NCBI GenBank assembly: GCA_030167865.1
Contig: JALAGF010002306.1
Coordinates: 1 to 64,000 of the forward strand
Length of the DNA stretch: 64,000 nt
Direction: 5' to 3'
From: Craspedostauros australis
Lineage: Eukaryota
Positions 1-8,877 of this stretch are shown here, piece after piece (position 1 is the stretch's first letter; every line of letters begins with the position of its first letter). Under the pieces are notes generated by a model. The model was not told where the DNA came from. It searched no databases and saw nothing but the letters and a program-made list of their open reading frames with translations. Made by a program: the position numbers and the translations under genes.

Positions 1-724
1 GTTTTGCATAAATCAGGATGATTGTGCAAACAACTGACAGGAAGAATGCTCAAAGATGGCAAATTTTCAGTTTGGTTTTTGACTGTTGAACTGCTGATTA
101 TGGAAGAAACTGTTGTTGCCTTATCATGGGAAATGCAAAATTACCGTCTTTCCCCCCCCCCCCTTGGTGTGCGGCTATCGCGTTTGTTGTTCTTGCTTGC
201 ACCAGTGACAGAAGTTGCGCGCACCAGAGAGGTAGAGACGAGGAACCGCCAACAACAACAAGACAACGACGAACGAGCGAAGCACCCGGAGTAGATCGTC
301 TTGGTGGGCAGAGGGACAGGACATCAACGTCGCAAGAAGGAAAAGAGAGGAAAGGAAAGGAACAAAGCGAAACACCAAAAGCAGCATTGGGCGACTGGCT
401 GATTCTGCACACCAGAAACATTGCGAGGACCACAGGTCATACGTACTCCGACAAGCAACGGCATCCCGCAAGCATTGCAGACACTGCAGTTGCAAGTGCA
501 AACTCAAGAGGGGAAGAGCGTTGCGCTCCATTGAATCTGAGCGTGAGTTCACTTCTGAGTTCGCTGCTGGGGTCATCATTGTGAGACAGCTGTGAGACAG
601 TTGCGAGACAGCTCAGGACAGAATACGAGGACAGTGGTTGAAAAGGAGGGAGGAACCAAGCAACCAGGGCAAGGCACGTCCCACAATAGCAGCAATAGAG
701 ACAGCACCAGCAACAATAAAGACA

Positions 725-3700
725 ATGACAGAAATGGAGCAAGCACCACCCACGCCGAACAAGGCGAAGAAGAAGGTGCGCAAGCCCAAGGTCTCCAAGA
801 AGACGCCAGCCGCCGACAACGACCAGAACGCAACGCCCCAACCATGGAAGACGGCGTTCCCGGGCAGCGCCGACAGCGTGGGCGCCGGCGGCAAGAGCAC
901 AGCCGCTGTGGCGCGCCGCGTGCGCAAGCGTCCCACAACGCGCAGCAACCGCAAACCCACGCGCATCGACTCCTGCGACGCACCCGATCTGTCGACGCTC
1001 GTCAAGGAACGCAGGCGTCGCCATCCAAGGCGCGTCAAGAAGGACGACGCGGCGAGCAGCGACAGCAACCACTCCATCGAAGCCTCCCTCATTGACGAAC
1101 CCAAACCTCAACGCAAGCTGCGGCAGCCCAAATCCACCGTGCGTTCGGCGGCCGCCATCTACGCCCACAAGACGCCCGTCAAGGAAAGCAATCTCATGTC
1201 CATGCTGTCGGAACCGCAGGTCATTGGAGCGCCGCCGCCGCCGCCGCTTCTGCCCCTCGAGACGAACGATGACCGCGGCTCCGACGATCTGGGGCTCAGC
1301 ATCCACGATGGCATCCACGCCACCTACACGGGCAAGCTCCTCAGCAGCGATGACGATGACGATGATCTGGCCGTTCCCAAGAAACGCAGCTCCCTGCGCA
1401 ATTTGTTCTCCAAGCGATCCTCGAAGCTGCCGGCCGATAAGCCACCCACGCGGAGTCGGCATCGGAATATCAAAGTTGAGAAGTACGATGTTGACGATGA
1501 TGACAATGTTGACAATGATGACAATGACAACCACAATCAAGACGAGGACGATGAGCGGCAACCACAGCACAAGACCAAGAACGGTTCTAAATCCAAAAAG
1601 TCGTCGTCGTCGAATGGCAATCGCAGATCCGTCAAATCCTTGCGCAATATATTCAACAAAAGCAACAACAGCAACACCATGGAAAGGAATTACGCATCGA
1701 CGCAGAGCGGGGGATTCGTCTCGCCCTACACCAATAAAAAGAAACCGCCGGCCTGGGCCAAACCCAAGGGCAATGCATCCGTGTCGTCCGCGTCCTCCTT
1801 CAACAACAGCTCCGTCTTTCAATCGCCGCACAGGAAATCCACCAACGACGCCCTCGACAGCATGCTAAGTCCCAACAACGACGACGATATCAGCCAGGCC
1901 ACGCCCGTCTCCGCAATCAAAAAGACCAAGAAGAAAACAAAAAAGATCGCCCTCAAGAAGAGCGTCTCGTTGGACGATTCTTCCGTGGCGTCCGCGTCCT
2001 TGGGTTCGCCACTCAACAACAAAAAGAAGAAGGGCTCCGTCAAGGCCCTCAAATCCATGTTCGAATCCTCCGTCCAATCCTTGCATTCGCCACGACGCAG
2101 CGTCACCTTGTCGACGCAATCTCGCAAAAAGAACAACGTCAATGGCACCACGCTCAAAACGAAGATGCGCCGCAATTCGGCTCCCATGGATTCCAGCAGC
2201 CACGCCTCCGAAAAGAAACCATCGCGCAAGATCAAACTGAAGAAGGTATCCAAGAAGGACCATAATGAGCCGGCGGCATCCGTCGCGTCGTCGCGCAAGA
2301 CCATCAAAAAGAAAAAGAAGAAGCGCAGCAGCGAAGACGAAGACGTATCGACGGAATCCACCAAGTTATCGGAATCGCCCGCCAAGAAGACTTTGAAGAA
2401 GCCCAGCGCGTCCATTTCCATTTCGTCCGTCGAAGATGGCGATGTGCCGGTCAAGACCAAGAAGAAGACGACGAAGCATACTGACAAGGACAACGATACT
2501 GGCGATGAGCAATCCTTTGCGGACGACAATAAAGATGAGAATAAGGAGGACAACAAAGATGACAACAAGGATGACAGCAAAGACGAGAATAAGGATACGA
2601 CCAAAAAGAAGGACAAGAAGAAGAAAGACAAGAAAACAAAGAAGGACAAAAAGAAGAAGGGTAAGAACAGCCGCGATGGCGATGGTGAAAATGATGGCGA
2701 AGAAGGCGATGATGCCAGCAACAGCAGCGGCAAGGCAAGTGACCAATTCGAAGAGCTCAAGGTCAAGGAGATTAAAAAGCGACCCGAGCGTTCCGAACAA
2801 GCCCAGCGCCGCATTTCCCACAACCTCGATGAGACCGCATTTTATGGTCTCAATGCGGACGAACCACAACGATCCAAAGGCGCCATGGATTCCATAGACA
2901 CCATCGGCGATAACACGGACGACAATGATTTCGGCTTCTTTGCGGATGAACCAATCTTGGGCCTCGGCATCATGAGTCCGCGCAAGCAGAAAAAGGTCCT
3001 ACCGCCAGGGTACTTGGATGGGGGCAAATCCGTACCACCGCCCATCTCTCCGCGAACGCCCGGCGGCACCAAACGCGTCATCACAAAGGTCTCATTCGAA
3101 TTCCCCGTACCGCCCGAACAGGCCGCGCTGGGTGCCAAGGGCATTGAGATTTCGGTCGACGTCCTGACGCATGACGAGGTGTCGTCGTTGGGTGCCATCT
3201 CGGAAGGATCGGCAGATTCGGATGACACGCCGCAAACGCGCATGGACAACATGGTCAAGAAATGGACGGCCATGGACGACGCCGCTGAGGATGAGAATGG
3301 TGGTGGTGACGACATCAAACTGTCCGACAACGTGCTCGATAATATCGTGCTGGCGGCGCCGGATTTGGACGACGCCATCACAGAGTTTGAAAAGCGGACG
3401 GGGATTCGGCCCGTGCCGTCTGGCAGATTGCAAGGGCTGGGTGCCAGAACAGCCGTCGTGGTGCTCAATGACAACCGGTACGTCGAGATCATCGCGCCGG
3501 ATCCGGACGCACCGAAGGGATCGCTGACGGACTACCTGAAGGGCCTGCCGACGGGATCGCTGGAACCGTTCCATTATGCCATCCGCACCCAGATGAGCAA
3601 GATGGTGGAAGGTTACGCCACGGACGTCGTGGGTTGGAAGCCAGATCAGATCGCCATGGTGCAGGCGAAAATCGATGGCTCGCAACGCTGCTGGGATCTC

Positions 3701-4135
3701 ATGACCTTTTACGATCACGACATCGGTGGGTGTGCACCGAGCTACGTGAAGTGGAAGAAAACCAGCGACCATCCCACAGTGCGTATGCAACCAGAGGGAC
3801 AGCTCGACAACCTCCACATCCAGATACCGGAAGGACACGTCGTGCACAAGCTGCTCTCCGGCGTGGACGGCATCCAGGCCAAGGCCGGTGCCAACCTCAT
3901 GCTGTGCCTGACCTTGCGCACACCGAAAGGCAAATGCATCTTCATTGGTATGAAACCACCAGGATACCATTTCCCGGGCAAGGACGAACCGAAGCACAAG
4001 AGCAACCAGATGGATTTCCCAGGCATGCCGGAACAAATGTCCACGGAGGGCAACTATTCCTCGGATGATTGGGATCAGCGCGAATTGGAATCCGTGCCCA
4101 GCTCGAGTTCGAGCTCAAGCTCATCGGGTTCATAG
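725..4135 (+). CDS. Large Lys/Ser/Asp-rich disordered protein with C-terminal VOC/glyoxalase-like (Glyoxalase_3-type) domain
   Basis: Single uninterrupted ORF (track 638..4135); first in-frame ATG at 725 (MTEMEQ). About 870 aa of low complexity, then LDNIVLAAPDLDDAITEFEKRTGIRPVPSGRLQGLGARTAVVVLNDNRYVEIIAPDP, matching the Glyoxalase_3 pattern LDH.v.a.pDL....f....G..p..gG.H...GT.N......YlEiiapDP. Confidence 0.8.
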   Translation: MTEMEQAPPTPNKAKKKVRKPKVSKKTPAADNDQNATPQPWKTAFPGSADSVGAGGKSTAAVARRVRKRPTTRSNRKPTRIDSCDAPDLSTLVKERRRRHPRRVKKDDAASSDSNHSIEASLIDEPKPQRKLRQPKSTVRSAAAIYAHKTPVKESNLMSMLSEPQVIGAPPPPPLLPLETNDDRGSDDLGLSIHDGIHATYTGKLLSSDDDDDDLAVPKKRSSLRNLFSKRSSKLPADKPPTRSRHRNIKVEKYDVDDDDNVDNDDNDNHNQDEDDERQPQHKTKNGSKSKKSSSSNGNRRSVKSLRNIFNKSNNSNTMERNYASTQSGGFVSPYTNKKKPPAWAKPKGNASVSSASSFNNSSVFQSPHRKSTNDALDSMLSPNNDDDISQATPVSAIKKTKKKTKKIALKKSVSLDDSSVASASLGSPLNNKKKKGSVKALKSMFESSVQSLHSPRRSVTLSTQSRKKNNVNGTTLKTKMRRNSAPMDSSSHASEKKPSRKIKLKKVSKKDHNEPAASVASSRKTIKKKKKKRSSEDEDVSTESTKLSESPAKKTLKKPSASISISSVEDGDVPVKTKKKTTKHTDKDNDTGDEQSFADDNKDENKEDNKDDNKDDSKDENKDTTKKKDKKKKDKKTKKDKKKKGKNSRDGDGENDGEEGDDASNSSGKASDQFEELKVKEIKKRPERSEQAQRRISHNLDETAFYGLNADEPQRSKGAMDSIDTIGDNTDDNDFGFFADEPILGLGIMSPRKQKKVLPPGYLDGGKSVPPPISPRTPGGTKRVITKVSFEFPVPPEQAALGAKGIEISVDVLTHDEVSSLGAISEGSADSDDTPQTRMDNMVKKWTAMDDAAEDENGGGDDIKLSDNVLDNIVLAAPDLDDAITEFEKRTGIRPVPSGRLQGLGARTAVVVLNDNRYVEIIAPDPDAPKGSLTDYLKGLPTGSLEPFHYAIRTQMSKMVEGYATDVVGWKPDQIAMVQAKIDGSQRCWDLMTFYDHDIGGCAPSYVKWKKTSDHPTVRMQPEGQLDNLHIQIPEGHVVHKLLSGVDGIQAKAGANLMLCLTLRTPKGKCIFIGMKPPGYHFPGKDEPKHKSNQMDFPGMPEQMSTEGNYSSDDWDQRELESVPSSSSSSSSSGS

Positions 4136-4683
4136 GTAACGATCGCAAGTGGCATGTTGTACAGCACTTGCGGCAGGCAAGCCAACGGAGAGCGACAGAA
4201 ACATGTACGAGTATGCATGGAGATGGCAGAGCACTGGAGTGCCATAGAATCCTCCACTCCAATTCCTACATCAATGTATGTTATTGAATAATCAATTGAT
4301 GAGAGTTGCGTGCAAGCATTACAGTTTATGATTGTTACCAAGAGATGTGGTCATAGTATGATTGATGACCACCGCTCTCTGCTTCACAAGTAGTTGTGAG
4401 TGTCTGTAGGATTAGTGACTGGAACTCGTTCAAAAACAGCATGCACGACTCGAAGAGAATTCAAATTTGAAAGAAGAGCGGAAACGCGACATCAACAATC
4501 AAACACGCAAGAGCGGAACAGAGAGCAGCGTTGAGATGAGGCGAGGCGAGAGATGATTCCGCAGCTCGCACTTGTAGAATACCATACTTGCAAGAGTGGG
4601 TAAGGCAAAGCCTCAAGACATACACACAATGCAACACGATCATCGTTGCGACTCATTCATCAAGTAGCCAACAACGATACAGC

Positions 4684-6318
4684 ATGAGCAGCTACCAATC
4701 CTTCGGGGAATTGAGACATGGCGGAACGCACGATGCAAGCGCTTCCACTCCACACAGCGCCGATCGGACGCACCACGAGACGACGCCATCCACTGCCGCA
4801 TCACCATGGTCCTTGGCTTCGACGCCGCGTCATGATCCCGTCGCGTCGCCGTACGCCTCGCATTACCGGCCATCGAGTCGCGAAGGCTGCGTCAGCCCTG
4901 GTGTGCGATCGGTCCCGTGGGCATCGCCGTTGTCGCAGTTCACGCCATCTGGAATCCCGCAAGCTGACTACGGGACGGAGGAGAGCGAGTCGATAGATCC
5001 ACACCCGAGTAAACAGTCCTACATTGCCGATGCATCATCTCAAGATGTGCATGTCAACAAGCTGATCGTCAGGGTCATGTCGGCCGAGACGAGGCGCGAC
5101 TTGGCTGGCAAGAAGTACACCACCTACGTCATGAGGGTTCACCATCCCAAGAACAGCAACAGCAACAGCAATAGCAGCAGCGAGACCAACAAGATGTCTA
5201 GGTCGGTCATTGATCAGGATGATGACTACCATCGTCATATGCAGCAGCAAGAGCAAGAGCAGCAACAGTCGTATCCACCCCAAATTGAACACCGATATTC
5301 CGAGTTTGCCAAGCTGCACAAGCTGGTGGAGAGTTACAACATCTCCATCGGCATCGAGTTTCCCTCCAAGCATTGGGCAGGCCGCATTGGCAATTGGACG
5401 CCGTCCATTCAATTCGCACCAACCCAGCATTCTGATCTCATCCAAACGCGCAAAGTCCAGCTCGATTTCTGGTTGCTGCATCTCGTGGAGAAATTCAATC
5501 GTGACGAGCTGCCGCGAGGCATCGTGCAGGCCCTGCAGGACTTTCTCACCATCACCGATCGCGCACCGTGCGATCAGGAGAATCCAATCGTGCATGGCGA
5601 AGCATCGTCATGGAATTGGAACAACCCCGTCTGCTTCACCTTGGGTTCCTCCATCCGACAGGCCACGACGATCGTGGAACGCATGTGCTTGGGCTACGAC
5701 GATGCGGTCGGCAACAAGACGGATCGTGCGATCCCGCTGGATTTGCTGCACCACGCGAAAGGACTGTGTTTCCTGACAGTCGTCAAGGCGGGACTCGTCG
5801 TCAGCGGCCGCATCGGGACGGGACTTCTCGTGGCACGCTTGGACGACGATCGTTGGAGCGCGCCGTGCGCCATGCGGACGATGGGCATGGGATACGGCAT
5901 GCTGGCGGGCGGGGACATCGCACATTACCTCGTCGTTCTGACGAGCACCGACGCTGTCCAATCCCTGTTGCAGGACGCCGAAGTGCAGCTGGGGGCCGAA
6001 CTGGGCGTCGCCGTCGGTCCTCTGGGTCGCGGCGCCACGTCCCACGTCTCATCGCCCGACGAGCACAGCTGGAGCGTGCATGCGGCCTATTCGTACTCGC
6101 ATTCGAAGGGTCTGTTCGCGGGCATCAGCTTGGAAGGCAGCGTTCTGATGGCCCGGCCTGAGATTAACGCCAAATTCTACGGACGCTGCATCACGGCCGA
6201 AGAAGTGATGGATCAACCTCCTCCCAAGGCGGCCGAACCATTGTACAATACGCTGCGATTGGCCATGGCGCAGGATATTCCTACGGATGCCTTTCGGCCT
6301 GTGTCACGATGGTCATGA
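4684..6318 (+). CDS. PX domain + Ysc84/SYLF domain protein (putative phosphoinositide-binding)
   Basis: First in-frame ATG at 4684. PX motifs KKYTTYV...EHRYSEFAKLHK...FPSK...RKVQLDFWL. SYLF motifs IPLDLLHHAKGLCFLTVVKAGLVVSGRIGTGLLVARL..WSAPCA, GVAVGPLGR, YSYSHSKGLFAGISLEGS, NAKFYG. Confidence 0.9.
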   Translation: MSSYQSFGELRHGGTHDASASTPHSADRTHHETTPSTAASPWSLASTPRHDPVASPYASHYRPSSREGCVSPGVRSVPWASPLSQFTPSGIPQADYGTEESESIDPHPSKQSYIADASSQDVHVNKLIVRVMSAETRRDLAGKKYTTYVMRVHHPKNSNSNSNSSSETNKMSRSVIDQDDDYHRHMQQQEQEQQQSYPPQIEHRYSEFAKLHKLVESYNISIGIEFPSKHWAGRIGNWTPSIQFAPTQHSDLIQTRKVQLDFWLLHLVEKFNRDELPRGIVQALQDFLTITDRAPCDQENPIVHGEASSWNWNNPVCFTLGSSIRQATTIVERMCLGYDDAVGNKTDRAIPLDLLHHAKGLCFLTVVKAGLVVSGRIGTGLLVARLDDDRWSAPCAMRTMGMGYGMLAGGDIAHYLVVLTSTDAVQSLLQDAEVQLGAELGVAVGPLGRGATSHVSSPDEHSWSVHAAYSYSHSKGLFAGISLEGSVLMARPEINAKFYGRCITAEEVMDQPPPKAAEPLYNTLRLAMAQDIPTDAFRPVSRWS

Positions 6319-6476
6319 AGTGAGCGCAAGTAGATTAGAGCGGGAAGACATGTTATAGAGTTCGTTATCGTGATGAGAATGGATAAAGCAGAGCAAACCA
6401 TTGTACTTGTATGTTCCATGGTATAGTACAAATACAATTGAATGTTGTGTTGTGTTGCGTGGTTGGACAGTTCAGT

Positions 6477-8026
6477 TTAATAATCTAGCAAGAGATTGAG
6501 CTCATCAATGCTGACTTCAATGTCGCCCATTCCCACCAAGGACCTTTGCGTTTCCGTGCTGTATTCGATCTCCGGTTCCGGCAAGGCGAAGTTGGCCTTG
6601 ACTTCGAGCTTGACGTTGCCATGGGCGCCATCGAGCGGAAGTCGTTTCATGAGGGTGAAGCCTTCCATGACGTTGATGGGCGAGAGTCGTTCCGTGCGAA
6701 ATCCAATGCGTGCGTATGCTTTGAAGGTTGTGAGGTCGATGGCGGCTCGGAATCTCAGTCGAGTGACCAGGTCCTCGACCGCGCCTGTGTGATTGTAGAA
6801 AATGTGGTGGTGGGAGGGTAACGGTGAGAAGGAATTGTGTGTGTGTGTGTGTATCTTGCATGTCGTGGTGCATCCATGTTGCGTAGTGGTTGCATAATCA
6901 GCTGCGATGTCTTCTCCAATGCAAACGCTTTGTTCGCGACGCTTACGAGTAATGCCAATGTTCGCAGCGTATGACCATAGCCGCAACGATCACAAATACC
7001 ACAAAGACCGCAAAGGTCGCAACACAGCACGCCAATTGAATTGAATTGAATCGAATCCATTCCATCATGTCTGTGTGTACACATACCAACGCTTAATTGC
7101 CAAGACTTGCTGAGCTGCAATTCCCTCCCCGCCAACGTGATCTTGCTGCCGATGATGGCATCCTCCCAGCTGGACGTGAACTGCCACACCCCCACCTGCG
7201 TGTTGTAGTCGGCACCGATACGAACGATCGTCTTCAAGGGACGGAAGGTCTTGCGGATCTTGAGCGTCGTCGTGGGTTCGACGCGGATGGCGATCTTGGG
7301 CATGTCCTTGAGATTGGGCGAGACCTGGCTGGTCCACCAGTTCTGCACCTTTTGGAAGACGTTGGGACGTTCCTGGCGGCGCTGTCGTCGGCGTGTTGGT
7401 ATGCCGGAATTTCTGTAGTAATACCGATTGGTGGGCAACGATCGTGATGGTGATTGCGAGTTGGATGGCGACGACGATGTTGATGATGCTCTGGGCAAGG
7501 GTCGACCATAGAGACTGTACATCTCATCCATGTGCTCCGATTCGCTGTCGCTGTCGACATCGTGCCTGCTCGTCGCAGCGGCCGTCGTCGTCGTCGTGCT
7601 GCCACCTCGACTGACGTCGCTTTTCGTGGCGCTGTAGTCATCGAAGTCACCGTAGTCGTAGTCGGAATCATATTCGTACCCATAGTCATCATCCTGGTCG
7701 TGGCCGCCTTGCCGATGGTTGGAGGCAAGTCTCCATCGTGTGCGACGGCGATCCTCTGTGCCTGCGGAATCAAAGAGGTTGAATTCACGGCCTGTCCCCA
7801 CAAACAATCCGTTCCTGCGTGATCCACCTGCACTGTCAGAACTCGGATCGTAGATGTCACCGCCATCGTCGCGCTCCTCCTCATCCCAGCTGGTCACGTA
7901 TGGCCTTCCTAGCAGCCTCGCCCCCAAGGAATGACCCGCGCCAGTTCTCTGGGTGGTGGCATGCGCCAGGAAGAAGGTGGATATCATCTGCAGAAGGATG
8001 AACCAAGTCAGGAGCAATCGGATCAT
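6477..8026 (-). CDS. Two-exon hypothetical protein: signal peptide, disordered middle, beta-strand-rich C-terminal domain
   Basis: Exon 1 8026..7087 (MIRLLLTWFILLQMISTFFLAHA...QLSV-G). Intron 7086..6785 starts GTATGT and ends CACAG. Exon 2 6784..6477. Splicing joins the two track ORFs in frame (...SWQLSVGAVEDLVTRLRF...LNLLLDY*). Confidence 0.8.
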
Positions 8027-8877
8027 CTTGGAGAAAGTACAATAGTATTGGCAGGAGCTGCGTATTGTATGATGTACAATAGTCGTGCTCAAAGTGATGA
8101 TAGTGATGTGAGGGATGCTTTCGATGTCACGAGAGTTACTGTGCGAAAGTTGTGATTCGAGAACGCAACTCAGCTTGATGCGACTCGATGTGATGTGTTG
8201 TAAGATGCAAAGAGACAATGCGATGGCAATGACTTCTGATCGATGGCTGATGTTGTTGCGAGAGCCTCTGTCGTGTCTGTCACCCAAACAATCACCCACC
8301 CACGCGCTTCCGTTTCCGGTTTCAAATGTGGCGTTCGGCATTCCGCCCAACCAACCAGACGACGTGAGCGAAGGACCCATCAAAGCGTCAACAACACAGA
8401 ACAGGAGAAACGTGTCATGAAGGTTTGTGGTTGTGCTCCAATCAGCGTGGGAACGTGCTCGCATCGCATCGCGACGAACCATCGTCGTCGATAATCTGTT
8501 CACCGTGGGACTGGATTTAGTCGGGATGGGATTGAATAGGATTCATTCGACTAATACACATTTTACATGACTCAAATTGTATCACATCCGCCGAGAAAAG
8601 TGACGTTCAGCAAATGGAGACGCATCGACACAAGAGCACAAAACGGGCGAACATGCGGATCCAGCTCGCTTCAATCCATGTGCTCTGCTCCCTGCGGAGA
8701 GACAGAGAGAGAGAGACATGGAAGTATTGGTATCGTATGAATATGACTGATATACTTTATTATTTACTATACTATTCGTTCATTCATTTCGTTTTGGGTT
8801 ATGGATAATGATATTGGTGCTTTGGTTGCTCCTGAGTTGTGCTCTTCCATCTGGTGCATGTCATGCGGTGTCGCCAA

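Noticed and set aside
580..612. Three imperfect 11-bp repeats (tgtgagacagc) before the first gene
   Set aside because: Short and degenerate, with no evidence of function.
1900..2700. Lys clusters resembling silaffin-type silica-targeting motifs
   Set aside because: The protein has no signal peptide; the clusters fit generic charged disorder or nuclear localisation signals equally well.
437..4036. Long antisense and alternate-frame ORFs (437..1831, 1819..2823, 3092..4036), and similar ones over most genes (e.g. 13976..14926, 20022..21089, 62449..63606)
   Set aside because: They overlap motif-supported genes and are expected shadows of GC-rich codon bias and low-complexity coding; no recognisable domains.
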